Origin: Macrostomum lignano
Taxonomy: Eukaryota
Length of the DNA stretch: 64,000 nt
Assembly (NCBI GenBank): GCA_002269645.1
Contig: NIVC01002132.1
Span: forward strand, 1 to 64,000
Direction: 5' to 3'
Part shown: piece by piece, positions 1-24,924 of the stretch
How the letters are laid out: each line of letters starts with the position of its first letter
Numbering within the stretch: position 1 is the first letter of the stretch
Translations under genes and position numbers: made by a program
Notes under the pieces: generated by a model
Databases searched by the model: none
Told to the model about the DNA's origin: nothing
What the model saw: the letters and a program-made list of their open reading frames with translations, nothing else

Positions 1-453
1 ACGCTGTGTGAGCGAGGTACAACATTAAAATAATTTAAAAAACTTGGACTTCAACTACTGTCAGTAGTGCAGACAGGGCATGTCTAAAGCCAGACGAGTT
101 CTTATCCAAACACGAATCTGAAAATTTAACAGCCAGTAACTAAGAAACCAGCTTACACAAGGAATCTGGTTAGCAACAGGACCAACACTTGAAAATGCAT
201 TACCGAGGCAGGCGTTACGAGCGTATTAAATACTCAGTGCGTGTCTTAGTCTATGCGCTTCATTGATTGATTGAAGCCAGGCTCACCTGATGCTGTTTGT
301 GCTAAAAGTGAAAAAAGCCAAACTCCTAATGCATTTTAAAGCAAAGTTGGACCTTTTAAAATAGAATTCCATGTAACTGCGGTGCGTTAGTGGCTACTAG
401 CGTTCACTTTTCGAACTCTTTTTTGGGTTCCATTGGATGGTCGCTTCATCAAT

Positions 454-12058
<11,605 letters not shown>

Positions 12059-13019
12059 GTGACCGGCAGCCTGAAAGCTGCAAACTGTTGCGAGAAAAAC
12101 ACAAGTGAAAGCTTATCTAGCGAAAATTTGAGCAAATTCTACAAGATTCTTATACGCAGTCAGCCGGGCAATATTCAGTTCGACTGCTCAAAAAAAATCT
12201 TTTTGAGCTGAGGACGCTGCTGCAATATAAGTAGTCCTTGGCGCTCAGCTGCAGCAGCTGCGCACAGCAAATGCTCGGGTCTGTTCTATCTATCCGCCTC
12301 TTCGAATTCCCTAAGCGGCTGTCATGGAGACCGGGGCTGCTGTGATTAAGAAAAAGGCTCCCCAGCTGCCAAGGCACAGGGGATGAGCTGGGGAAAATCG
12401 AGCCGCAGAATTCCTGCTCAACAAAAAATAATGCGCAGTGGAGAAGCACAGGTGGAACTCGAGAGAAATCCTAATTTAGGCCTGCGCCCGTCTTTATCAG
12501 CCTCAGCCTCCGCACTAGCCTCATCACCTCGAGTGCGGGATTTCCCAGCATCCCTTCTCTCTCTCACCTTTTCATCCTCCCTCGAGTTTCGAGGAAAGAA
12601 AGGGGTTGGAGGAGAGCGCGCGGGCACCGCATCAGCCGAGGGCCGTCAGTGTCTTCCTCTCCCTGTCTGTCTCTCTTCATCCCCCTCTCTGCTTGCTCCT
12701 TCTCCACCCGCATCCCGGTTGCTGGGCAGTGGCGGAAGCGGCAAAACGGCTGGCCTAATGGGATTGAGCTCGGAGAGCGGCTGGCTGCACCTCATTATCC
12801 ATGCCTGCCCCCCGTTCGCTTGTTAAAGGTATGCCACAGGCGCTGGCCCCGGGACTCCGAACTGATGAGGCGAAGTCCTCACACTTCCTACGGTAGCTAC
12901 ACGCAGTGTGTGCGCTCTGTTCTGAGCAGGCCAGGTGTTTTGCTTCTTTAGGCTATGGAATGAGCCTCAAATTTGGGCACGACTGCATTTTGGGATTAAA
13001 TGAGTTCAACCGAGTCCCT

Positions 13020-14765
13020 CCATATCCGCTGTCTCCCTTTTTACATCCGCTGTCTTCCTCTCTATATCCGTTGTCTCCCTTTTTACATCCGCTGTCTTCC
13101 TCTCTATATCCGTTGTCTCCCTCTCTATATCCGCTGTCTCCCTCTTTATATACGCTGTCTCCCCTTGCCACATCCGCTGTCTCCCTTACTCTACGTCCGC
13201 TGTCTCCCTCTACATCCGCTGTCTCCCTTAGTCTACATCCGCTGTCTCCCTTAGTCTACATCCGCTGTCTCCCTTAGTCTACATCCGCTGTCTCCCTTAG
13301 TCTACATCCGCTGTCTTCCTTAGTCTACATCCACTGTCTTCCTTAGTCTACATCCGCTGTCTCCCTTAGTCTACATCCGCTGTCTCCCTTAGTCTACATC
13401 CGCTGTCTCCCTTAGTCTACATCCGCTGTCTCCTTCTACATCCGCTGTCTCCCTTAGTCTACATCCGCTGTCTCCCTTAGTCTACATCCGCTGTCTCCCT
13501 TAGTCTACATCCGCTGTCTCCCTTAGTCTACATCCGCTGTCTCCCTCTACATCCGCTGTCTCCCTCTACATCCGCTGTCTCCCTTAGTCTAAATCCGCTG
13601 TCTCCCTTAGTCTACATCCGCTGTCTCCCTTAGTCTACATCCGCTGTCTCCCTTAGTCTACATCCGCTGTCTCCCTTAGTCTACATCCGCTGTCTCCCTT
13701 AGTCTACATCCGCTGTCTCCCTTAGTCTACATCCGCTGTCTCCCTTAGTCTACATCCGCTGTCTCCCTTAGTCTACATCCGCTGTCTCCCTTAGTCTACA
13801 TCCGCTGTCTCCCTTAGTCTACATCCGCTGTCTCCCTTAGTCTACATCCGCTGTCTCCCTTAGTCTACATCCGCTGTCTCCCTTAGTCTACATCCGCTGT
13901 CTCCCTTAGTCTACATCCGCTGTCTCCCTTAGTCTACATCCGCTGTCTCCCTTAGTCTACATCCGCTGTCTCCCTTAGTCTACATCCGCTGTCTCCCTTA
14001 GTCTACATCCGCTGTCTCCCTTAGTCTACATCCGCTGTCTCCCTTAGTCTACATCCGCTGTCTCCCTTAGTCTACATCCGCTGTCTCCCTTAGTCTACAT
14101 CCGCTGTCTCCCTTAGACTACATCCGCTGTCTCCCTTAGTCTACATCCGCTGTCTCCCTTAGTCTACATCCGCTGTCTCCCTTAGTCTACATCCGCTGTC
14201 TCCCTTAGTCTACATCCGCTGTCTCCCTTAGTCTACATCCGCTGTCTCCCTCTACATCCGCTGTCTCCCTTAGTCTACATCCGCTGTCTCCCTCTACATC
14301 CGCTGTCTCCCTTAGTCTACATCCGCTGTCTCCCTCTACATCCGCTGTCTCCCTTAGTCTACATCCGCTGTCTCCCTTAGTCTACATCCGCTGTCTCCCT
14401 TAGTCTACATCCGCTGTCTCCCTTAGTCTACATCCGCTGTCTCCCTTAGTCTACATCCGCTGTCTCCCTTAGTCTACATCCGCTGTCTCCCTTAGTCTAC
14501 ATCCGCTGTCTCCCTTAGTCTACATCCGCTGTCTCCCTTAGTCTACATCCGCTGTCTCCCTTAGTCTACATCCGCTGTCTCCCTTAGTCTACATCCGCTG
14601 TCTCCCTTAGTCTACATCCGCTGTCTCCCTTAGTCTACATCCGCTGTCTCCCTTAGTCTACATCCGCTGTCTCCCTTAGTCTACATCCGCTGTCTCCCTT
14701 AGTCTAAATCCGCTGTCTTCCTTTAGTCTACATCCGATATCTTCCTTCGTCTACATCCGCTGTCT
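13020..14765. repeat. 23-bp minisatellite TACATCCGCTGTCTCCCTTAGTC
   Basis: About 75 copies, diverged at the left end. Confidence 0.97.
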
Positions 14766-14994
14766 CCCCTCAGCAATCCGCTTGCAAACCCCCCGGGCTC
14801 AAAGTCCATCACGAAATCGGGCTTCAACAGAAATTCACGCAGTCCGAACGAATTCCGCTTGATCTGCGCGGGTAAAGAAAAACGGCCAGAAGCATCCGAA
14901 AAGCACCTTTTTGTCTCTCTATAGAGCTAATGAAGGAAAGCTCTACTCGACCGCCCGCCTCTCCCGCTAATGGGGCTTCAAAGAATTAGCGTCG

Positions 14995-17900
14995 GTCAGC
15001 TGGAGGTCTGTCAGCTGGAGGCCTGTCAGCTGGAGGTCTGTCAGCTGGAGGTCTGTCAGCTGGAGGTCTGTCAGCTGGAGGTCTGTCAGCTGGAGGTCTG
15101 TCAGCTGGAGGCCTGTCAGCTGGAGGTCTGTCAGCTGGAGGTCTGTCAGCTGGAGGTCTGTCAGCTGGAGGTCTGTCAGCTGGAGGTCTGTCAGCTGGAG
15201 GTCTGTCAGCTGGAGGTCTGTCAGCTGGAGGTCTGTCAGCTGGAGGTCTGTCAGCTGGAGGTCTGTCAGCTGGAGGTCTGTCAGCTGGAGGTCTGTCAGC
15301 TGGAGGTCTGTCAGCTGGAGGTCTGTCAGCTGGAGGTCTGTCAGCTGGAGACCTGTCAGCTGGAGGCCTGTCAGCTGGAGGCCTGTCAGCTGGAGGTCTA
15401 TCAGCTGGAGGTCTGTCAGCTGGAGGTCTGTCAGCTGGAGGTCTGTCAGCTGGAGGTCTGTCAGCTGGAGGTCTGTCAGCTGGAGGTCTGTCAGCTGGAG
15501 GTCTGTCAGCTGGAGGTCTGTCAGCTGGAGGTCTGTCAGCTGGAGGTCTGTCAGCTGGAGGTCTGTCAGCTGGAGGTCTGTCAGCTGGAGGTCTGTCAGC
15601 TGGAGGTCTGTCAGCTGGAGACCTGTCAGCTGGAGACCTGTCAGCTGGAGGTCTGTCAGCTGGAGGTCTGTCAGCTGGAGGTCTGTCAGCTGGAGGTCTG
15701 TCAGCTGGAGGTCTGTCAGCTGGAGGTCTGTCAGCTGGAGGTCTGTCAGCTGGAGGTCTGTCAGCTGGAGGTCTGTCAGCTGGAGGTCTGTCAGCTGGAG
15801 GTCTGTCAGCTGGAGACCTGTCAGCTGGAGACCTGTCAGCTGGAGGTCTGTCAGCTGGAGGTCTGTCAGCTGGAGGTCTGTCAGCTGGAGGTCTGTCAGC
15901 TGGAGACCTGTCAGCTGGAGGTCTGTCAGCTGGAGGTCTGTCAGCTGGAGGTCTGTCAGCTGGAGGTCTGTCAGCTGGAGGTCTGTCAGCTGGAGGTCTG
16001 TCAGCTGGAGGTCTGTCAGCTGGAGGTCTGTCAGCTGGAGGTCTGTCAGCTGGAGACCTGTCAGCTGGAGACCTGTCAGCTGGAGGTCTGTCAGCTGGAG
16101 GTCTGTCAGCTGGAGGTCTGTCAGCTGGAGGTCTGTCAGCTGGAGGTCTGTCAGCTGGAGGTCTGTCAGCTGGAGGTCTGTCAGCTGGAGGTCTGTCAGC
16201 TGGAGGTCTGTCAGCTGGAGGTCTGTCAGCTGGAGGTCTGTCAGCTGGAGGTCTGTCAGCTGGAGGTCTGTCAGCTGGAGGTCTGTCAGCTGGAGGTCTG
16301 TCAGCTGGAGGTCTGTCAGCTGGAGGTCTGTCAGCTGGAGACCTGTCAGCTGGAGGCCTGTCAGCTGGAGGCCTGTCAGCTGGAGGTCTATCAGCTGGAG
16401 GTCTGTCAGCTGGAGGTCTGTCAGCTGGAGGTCTGTCAGCTGGAGGTCTGTCAGCTGGAGGTCTGTCAGCTGGAGGTCTGTCAGCTGGAGACCTGTCAGC
16501 TGGAGGTCTGTCAGCTGGAGGTCTGTCAGCTGGAGGTCTGTCAGCTGGAGGTCTGTCAGCTGGAGGTCTGTCAGCTGGAGACCTGTCAGCTGGAGGTCTG
16601 TCAGCTGGAGGTCTGTCAGCTGGAGGTCTGTCAGCTGGAGGTCTGTCAGCTGGAGGTCTGTCAGCTGGAGGTCTGTCAGCTGGAGGTCTGTCAGCTGGAG
16701 ACCTGTCAGCTGGAGGTCTGTCAGCTGGAGGTCTGTCAGCTGGAGGTCTGTCAGCTGGAGGTCTGTCAGCTGGAGGTCTGTCAGCTGGAGGTCTGTCAGC
16801 TGGAGGTCTGTCAGCTGGAGGTCTGTCAGCTGGAGGTCTGTCAGCTGGAGGTCTGTCAGCTGGAGACCTGTCAGCTGGAGGTCTGTCAGCTGGAGGCCTG
16901 TCAGCTGGAGGTCTGTCAGCTGGAGGTCTGTCAGCTGGAGGTCTGTCAGCTGGAGGTCTGTCAGCTGGAGACCTGTCAGCTGGAGGTCTGTCAGCTGGAG
17001 GCCTGTCAGCTGGAGGTCTGTCAGCTGGAGGTCTGTCAGCTGGAGGTCTGTCAGCTGGAGGTCTGTCAGCTGGAGACCTGTCAGCTGGAGGTCTGTCAGC
17101 TGGAGGTCTGTCAGCTGGAGGTCTGTCAGCTGGAGGTCTGTCAGCTGGAGGTCTGTCAGCTGGAGGTCTGTCAGCTGGAGGTCTGTCAGCTGGAGGTCTG
17201 TCAGCTGGAGGTCTGTCAGCTGGAGGTCTGTCAGCTGGAGGTCTGTCAGCTGGAGGTCTGTCAGCTGGAGACCTGTCAGCTGGAGGTCTGTCAGCTGGAG
17301 GCCTGTCAGCTGGAGGTCTATCAGCTGGAGGTCTGTCAGCTGGAGGTCTGTCAGCTGGAGGTCTGTCAGCTGGAGGTCTGTCAGCTGGAGGTCTGTCAGC
17401 TGGAGGTCTGTCAGCTGGAGACCTGTCAGCTGGAGGTCTGTCAGCTGGAGGTCTGTCAGCTGGAGGTCTGTCAGCTGGAGGTCTGTCAGCTGGAGGTCTG
17501 TCAGCTGGAGACCTGTCAGCTGGAGGTCTGTCAGCTGGAGGTCTGTCAGCTGGAGGTCTGTCAGCTGGAGGTCTGTCAGCTGGAGGTCTGTCAGCTGGAG
17601 GTCTGTCAGCTGGAGGTCTGTCAGCTGGAGGTCTGTCAGCTGGAGACCTGTCAGCTGGAGGTCTGTCAGCTGGAGGCCTGTCAGCTGGAGGTCTATCAGC
17701 TGGAGGGGTCTGTCAGCTGGAGGTCTGTCAGCTGGAGGTCTGTCAGCTGGAGGCCTGTCAGCTGGAGGCCTGTCAGCTGGAGGTCTATCAGCTGGAGGTC
17801 TGTCAGCTGGAGGTCTGTCAGCTGGAGGTCTGTCAGCTGGAGGTCTGTCAGCTGGAGGTCTGTCAGCTGGAGGTCTGTCAGCTGGAGACCTGTCAGCTGG

Positions 17901-19070
17901 AGGTCTGTCAGCTGGAGGTCTGTCAGCTGGAGGTCTGTCAGCTGGAGGTCTGTCAGCTGGAGGTCTGTCAGCTGGAGACCTGTCAGCTGGAGGTCTGTCA
18001 GCTGGAGGTCTGTCAGCTGGAGGTCTGTCAGCTGGAGGTCTGTCAGCTGGAGGTCTGTCAGCTGGAGACCTGTCAGCTGGAGGTCTGTCAGCTGGAGGCC
18101 TGTCAGCTGGAGGTCTATCAGCTGGAGGGGTCTGTCAGCTGGAGGTCTGTCAGCTGGAGGTCTGTCAGCTGGAGGCCTGTCAGCTGGAGGTCTATCAGCT
18201 GGAGGGGTCTGTCAGCTGAAGGTCTGTCAGTTGGGAGGACTGTCAGTTGGAGGCCTGTCAGTTAAAGGCCTGTCAGCTGGAGGCCCGTCAGTTGGGAGGT
18301 CTGTCAGCTGGAGGCCTGTCAGTTAAAGGCCTGTCAGCTAAAGCCTGTCAGCTGGAGGCCGGTCAGTTAAAGGCCTGTCAGCTAAAGCCTGTCAGCTGGA
18401 GGCCGGTCAGTTAAAGGCCTGTCAGCTGGAGGCCTGTCAGCTGGAGGCCAGTCAGTTAAAGGCCTGTCAGCTGGAGGCCTGTCAGCTAAAGCCTGTCAGC
18501 TGGAGGCCGGTCAGCTAAAACCTGTTAGCTGGAGGCCTGTCAGCTGGAGGCCAGTCAGCTAAAGCCTGTCAGCTGGAGGCCTGTCAGCTGGAGGCCTGTC
18601 AGCTGGAGGCCTGTCAGCTGGAGGCCTGTCAGTTAAAGGCCTGTCAGCTAAAGCCTGTCAGCTGGAGGCCGGTCAGTTAAAGGCCTGTCAGCTGGAGGCC
18701 TGTCAGTTAAAGGCCTGTCAGCTGGAGGCCGGTCAGTTAAAGGCCTGTCAGCTGGAGGCCTGTCAGTTAAAGGCCTGTCAGCTGGAGGCCTGTCAGTTAA
18801 AGGCCTGTCAGCTAAAACCTGTTAGCTGGAGGCCTGTCAGCTGGAGGCCGGTCAGTTAAAGGCCTGTCAGCTAAAGCCTGTCAGCTGGAGGCCGGTCAGT
18901 TAAAGGCCTGTCAGCTGGAGGCCGGTCAGTTAAAGGCCTGTCAGCTGGAGGCCTGTCAGCTGGAGGCCGATCAGTTAAAGGCCTGTCAGCTAAAGCCTGT
19001 CAGCTGGAGGCCGGTCAGTTAAAGGCCTGTCAGCTAAAGCCTGTCAGCTGGAGGCCGGTCAGCTGGTCTG
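14995..19070. repeat. 15-bp satellite GTCAGCTGGAGGTCT (~4 kb)
   Basis: Roughly 270 copies. The 1118-aa QLEVC 'ORF' is simply its translation. Confidence 0.98.
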
Positions 19071-19984
19071 TCAAGTGCCTGCTGTAAAAGACGGGAGAAG
19101 CCATCGGCAATAGAAACTGAGCAAGCCAGTAAAATGCCAAGTCTGCAGGACCATCAGTCCAGTTTCGGCACGCAGCATATTCTCGTAGCCCAGTTATTCA
19201 TAAAATGTGTAAGCGAGCAATGATATTAAAGGACATTAAAACTTCCTATACTACTAATCAGATTGAAAAAACAGTACAGAAAGTAAAGTAAACAATTGAT
19301 AAACAAGTAAACAAGTAAACAAAGAATTGGCAGCAGACAAAGCAAGCGAGTGAGACATCGGAGGGTGCCCAGATCAGATAGAAGCGAGTGCACACGGCAA
19401 GCAGTTATTAATAATTATTTATTGATAGGAAATCGCATAAGAAAATAATTAACTCGCTCTGCTGATAGAAAATCGCAAAAAGATACCCGCAATCGTAAAG
19501 TCATAATCGATTGGAGATAGAAAAAACAATTATAAGTAAAAAATCGCATAGCTTGACTTTTGATCTACTCTCAGTAGTACAATAAGTGTATAGCATACAA
19601 AAGTGTATTCGAATGAATCAATTATAGAAAACTGAGTACTGAACAAAAGCTGCTACAACTGTAAATAATATTATAATGTAAACATATAATATATATATAT
19701 GCATAAGTTCATACAGATACACAGCACAATAAACAGCTGATAAACAGACGACAAAAACTTGATAAGTATAGTTCATAATTTAAAACTGTTGCGGTGCAGG
19801 AGGAATTCGAGGAAAAATTGTTGTAAAATTTTTACTTTTAGTGTAAAATATTGTTTGAGACCCGAGCTTGCAAGAGACGGGGATCAGCCGCTTAAAGAGA
19901 ATCAAAGAAATTGCTGGCAATGTGTAGCAAAAATACAGCGATCGAATACGGTCCTTAGGAGACGGAGCAGATATTAATATCAAT

Positions 19985-20460
19985 CTGTCAATTCTTATAT
20001 CAGTGTGTCAATTCTTATATCAGTGTGTCAATTCTCATATTAATGTGTCAATTCTTATATCAATGTGTCAATTCTTATATCAATGTGTCAATTCTTATAT
20101 CAATGTGTCAATTCTTATATCAATGTGTCAATTTTTATATATCAATGTGTCAATTCTTATATCAATGTGTCAATTCTTATATCAATGTGTCAATTCTTAT
20201 ATATCAATGTGTCAATTCTTATATCAATGTGTCAATTCTTATATCAATGTGTCAATTCTTATATCAATGTGTCAATTTTTATATATCAATGTGTCAATTC
20301 TTATATCAATGTGTCAATTCTTATATCAATGAGTCAAAGTTTTTATCAATGTGTCAATGCTTTTATCAATGAGCTTTTATCAACTCCGACATCAATGTGC
20401 CATCAAGTCTGACATCAATGTGCCATCAAGTCTGACATCAATGTGCCATCAAGTCTGAAA
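19985..20460. repeat. AT-rich ~20-bp minisatellite TCAATGTGTCAATTCTTATA
   Basis: Direct reading. Confidence 0.95.
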
Positions 20461-20637
20461 CTAATGTATCCGACATTGAAACATAAATGGATCAATTTGA
20501 AAATTGCAACTGCCAATCTCCAAGCGCCGTAGAAGCAAGACTAAGTGATAAAAATATCATCGACAAAAGTACAAAGCAACCTGAATTAGTCAGAAATGAG
20601 AAACAACAACAGATCAACAGCTATATAATCCCAGTCA

Positions 20638-23600
20638 TCATTCTTGTTTGCCATTTGAGTAGACGTACTTGGCGAACTTCTTGAGCATGAGGCCGAACCA
20701 GTAGAGCTGCATGGAGATCAGAGCCAGCATGCCGATGTTGCAGCGCAGCGGCAGCAGGCCAAACACCCGGATAACCGGTACGCCTCTGTACTGGGCGTAC
20801 GCGTAATAAATATAGAACAGCACCACTATGCGCGACAGGAAGAAGGTTATCACCATGACAACACCGTTCCACAGGTACAGCGGCAGGCTGGTCATGCCGA
20901 GCTGCGGGTTGGGAGAGGTAACTCGTCACTCATCCTACTGGTCATTGCTTTAGACAGAGTCAATAGACATAAAGCATGCTAATTCAGCTTTACATACATA
21001 ATTCTTGAATTAAATAGCCCCCCACAAGAGCCCCCTCTGTAGCTGGCGCCCCCTCTGTAGCTGTCGCCCCCTCTGTAGCTGTCGCCCTCTCTGTAGCTGG
21101 CGCCCCCTCTGTAGCTGGCGCCCCCTCTGTAGCTGGCGCCCCCTCTGTAGCTGGCGCCCTCTCTGTAGCTGGCGCCCTCTCTGTAGCTGGCGCCCTCTCT
21201 GTAGCTGGCGCCCTCTCTGTAGCTGATGCCCCCACTGCAGCTGGCGCCTCCCTCTGTAGCTGGCGCCTCCCTCTGTAGCTGGCGCCTCCCTCTGTAGCTG
21301 GCGCCTCCCTCTGTAGCTGGCGCCTCCCTCTGTAGCTGGCGCCTCCCTCTGTAGCTGGCGCCTCCCTCTGTAGCTGGCGCCTCCCTCTGTAGCTGGCGCC
21401 TCCCTCTGTAGCTGGCGCCTCCCTCTGTAGCTGGCGCCTCCCTCTGTAGCTGGCGCCTCCCTCTGTAGCTGGCGCCTCCCTCTGTAGCTGATGCCCCCAC
21501 TGCAGCTGGCGCCTCCCTCTGTAGCTGGCGCCTCCCTCTGTAGCTGGCGCCTCCCTCTGTAGCTGGCGCCTCCCTCTGTAGCTGATGCCCCCACTGCAGC
21601 TGGCGCCTCCCTCTGTAGCTGGCGCCTCCCTCTGTAGCTGGCGCCTGCCTCTGTAGCTGATGCCCCCACTGCAGCTGGCGCCTCCCTCTGTAGCTGGCGC
21701 CTCCCTCTGTAGCTGGCGCCTCCCTCTGTAGCTGGCGCCTCCCTCTGTAGCTGGCGCCTCCCTCTGTAGCTGGCGCCTCCCTCTGTAGCTGGCGCCTCCC
21801 TCTGTAGCTGGCGCCTCCCTCTGTAGCTGGCGCCTCCCTCTGTAGCTGGCGCCTCCCTCTGTAGCTGGCGCCTCCCTCTGTAGCTGGCGCCTCCCTCTGT
21901 AGCTGATGCCCCCACTGCAGCTGGCGCCTCCCTCTGTAGCTGGCGCCTCCCTCTGTAGCTGGCGCCTCCCTCTGTAGCTGATGCCCCCACTGCAGCTGGC
22001 GCCTCCCTCTGTAGCTGGCGCCTCCCTCTGTAGCTGGCGCCTCCCTCTGTAGCTGGCGCCTCCCTCTGTAGCTGATGCCCCCACTGCAGCTGGCGCCTCC
22101 CTCTGTAGCTGATGCCCCCACTGCAGCTGGCGCCTCCCTATGTAGCTGATGCCCCCACTGCAGCTGGCGCCTCCCTTTGTAGCTGGCGCCTCCCTCTGTA
22201 GCTGGCGCCCCCTCTGTAGCTGATGCCCCCACTGCAGCTGGCGCCTCCCTCTGTAGCTGATGCCCCCACTGCAGCTGGCGCCTCCCTCTGTAGCTGATGC
22301 CCCCACTGCAGCTGGCGCCTCCCTCTGTAGCTGATGCCCCCACTGCAGCTGGCGCCTCCCTCTGTAGCTGGCGCCTCCCTCTGTAGCTGATGCCCCCATT
22401 GCAGCTGGCGCCTCCCTCTGTAGCTGATGCCCTTTAATCAGGAACACCCTCGCGGGCAAGTCTCGACAAGCCACAATCTTCTTTTTTCCCAAACAGTTAC
22501 GCGCACAGATCCATGAAGCAATGACAGATACGAAATATCACAATTTCCTAATTTAGCACTACCACGGTTTCTAATCCAGATAATAAAATATTTTAAAACA
22601 ACCAAAGCAGCGCTGCTCACCCTGTACATGATGTGCCGGATCTGAATGAAGGGCACAGTCAGTTCAACTAGAAAGAAGCAGCCAACAAGGAAGTCGCATT
22701 TGCCGTTGCGGAACCACTGCAGATATGGGTTGGGGACGAGGGTATTAGCTCGTTCGACTAAGTTCGACCAGGGACTACTGACTAGGCTCGATCAGGGACT
22801 ACTGACTAAGCTCGACCAGGGACTACCAACTAAGCTTGACCAGGGACTACTGACTAAGTTCGACCAGGGACTACTGACTAGGCTCGATCAGGGACTACTG
22901 ACTAAGCTCGACCAGGGACTACCAACTAAGCTTGACCAGGGACTACTGACTAAGCTTGACCAGGGACTACTGACTAGGCTCGATCAGGGACTACTGACTA
23001 AGCTCGACCAGGGACTACCAACTAAGCTTGACCAGGGACTACTGACTAAGCTTGACCAGGGACTACTGACTGAAATTGACCAGGCACTACTGACTGAGAT
23101 CGACCAGGGACTACTGACTAAGCTCGGCCAGGGACTACTGACTAAGCTCGGTCAGGGACTACTGACTAAGCTCGGTCAGGGACTACTGACTAAGCTCGGC
23201 CAGGGACTACTGACTAAGCTCGGTCAGGGACTACTGACTAAGCTCGGCCAGGGACTACTGACTAAGCTCGGCCAGGGACTACTGACTGAGCTCGACCAGG
23301 GACTACTGACTGAGCTCAGCCAGGGACTACTGACTGAGCTCGACCAGGGACTATTGACTGAGCTCGACCAGGGACTACTGACTGGACCCGACCAGGGACT
23401 ACTGACTAAGCTTGACCAGGGACTACTGACTAAGCTTGACCAGGGACTACTGACTAAGCTCGACCAGGGGTACTGACTAATCTCGACCAGGGACTACTGA
23501 CTAAGCTCGACCAGGGGTACTGACTAATCTCGACCAGGGACTACTGACTAAGCTCGACCAGGGACTACTCACTACTGACTGAAATCGACCAGGGACTGTT

Positions 23601-24554
23601 GAACCAAATGGGACGGGCACATTGCAGACAATGGATTTGCAAATAAAAGTTAAAACAAGATATTTCCAAAGCTCAGTGAAAGTCTACAAAGCCAGCTAGC
23701 TTACCAAAAGGGTTGGATAATAAACCAGCATGATAAGCAGGTGGTGAGTCAGCATCATTGGCTGGTTTTTCGAATAACTGCGCAGCACACGCAGTCCGCC
23801 GCGCTCGTTGGAATCCAGCCCGAAGCAGTAGGGCTTCATCACCGAGTCGTAGGCGTAATAGCCGAACCCGAAGCACACCCAGAATGACACCAGCCAGAAC
23901 CTGCACGAAAGGGGACTTCCTTTCTGCTTTTTTATACCTTTTAACTTAGTAGGCACCCCTAATCCTCAGGTTTGAGCTGCTACACCTATACCCTAATCCT
24001 CAGGTTTGGGCTGCCACACCTATACCCTAATCCTCAGGTTTGGGCTGCCACATCTGCCCTAATCCTCAGGTTTGGGCTGCCACACCTATACCCTAATCCT
24101 CAGGTTTGGGCTGCCACACCTATACCCTAATCCTCAGGTTTGGGCTGCCACACCTGCCCTAATCCTCAGGTTTGGGCTGCCACACCTGCCCTAATCCTCA
24201 GGTTTGGGCTGCCACACCTATACCCTAATCCTCAGGTTTGAGCTGCCACACCTGCCCTAATCCTCAGGTTTGGACTGCCACACCTATACCCTAATCCTCA
24301 GGTTTGGGCTGCCACACCTATACCCTAATCCTCAGGTTTGGGCTGCCACACCTATACCCTAATCCTCAGGTTTGGGCTGCCACACCTATATTCTAATCTT
24401 TAGGTGACTCAAATCATACACGCAAAAGTGAAGGTTAACAGTTTGCAAGCACAGCAGCTCTTACCGATCCCTAACAAGATCATTGTTGCGCAGGCACAGG
24501 ACACTGATAAGCCCAGCAGCGAAGGTCATGAGCGAGTAGACAGCCGTAACTATT
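20638..24554 (-). CDS. TLCD3: TLC (TRAM/LAG1/CLN8) domain multi-pass membrane protein, TLCD3/FAM57-like. Exons 24554-24465, 23900-23705, 22716-22621, 20901-20638; first exon not located
   Basis: Phase-consistent AG/GT exons give RIVTAVYS..DLVRDR / FWLV..YYAYD..MMLTHHLLIMLV / GKCDFLVGCFFLVELTVPF / LYLWNGVVMVITFFLSRI..QLYWF. This matches the FAM57/TLCD3 motif order (xTHH, GDFFVG, ELSTPF, NG, QIYWF) as recalled from the family. Confidence 0.82.
21020..22430. repeat. 19-bp minisatellite CTGTAGCTGGCGCCTCCCT, with interspersed GCTGATGCCCCCACTGCA variants
   Basis: Fills the TLCD3 intron 22620-20902. Confidence 0.97.
22750..23595. repeat. 24-bp minisatellite GACCAGGGACTACTGACTAAGCTC
   Basis: Fills a TLCD3 intron. 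The DQGLLTKL ORF is spurious. Confidence 0.97.
23955..24405. repeat. 32-34 bp minisatellite CCCTAATCCTCAGGTTTGGGCTGCCACACCT(ATA/G)
   Basis: Fills a TLCD3 intron. Confidence 0.96.
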
Positions 24555-24924
24555 CTGTTGTGGCAAAGATAGATGTTATAATATTGTAATTTGTTATTGT
24601 AACTGCAATTATTGCCATTATTACAATTTGCATGCAATAATATAGGAGCATTGAAACCAAATTCAACATGGCTAACCATTAGGTCTTTTTAAGGTTTGCA
24701 GAATTATTTATACTACTAAAGCTGGTTACCTCATCAATGTTTCTAAAGGCTTTTTTATTTTTAGGCTACAAAAAAAATTCTTATAGGAAACTCTTATAGA
24801 AAAAAACATACAATAGGATTATTCATTCTAACCTTGAAAATTCTAGCCTTAATCACAAAGGGATCCAAGTTACTGTTTTGCAGAAAAATTAAAATTAGAA
24901 AAAAGAAATGGTACTAACTGTAAG

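Noticed and set aside
14970-18326. 1118-aa QLEVC-repeat ORF
   Set aside because: It is the translation of a 15-bp satellite whose unit lacks stops. The frame shifts mid-array, and there are no domain or exon signals.
20979-23476. Long EGGASYRGRRQLQ and DQGLLTKL repeat ORFs
   Set aside because: They lie entirely within TLCD3 introns and are satellite translations.
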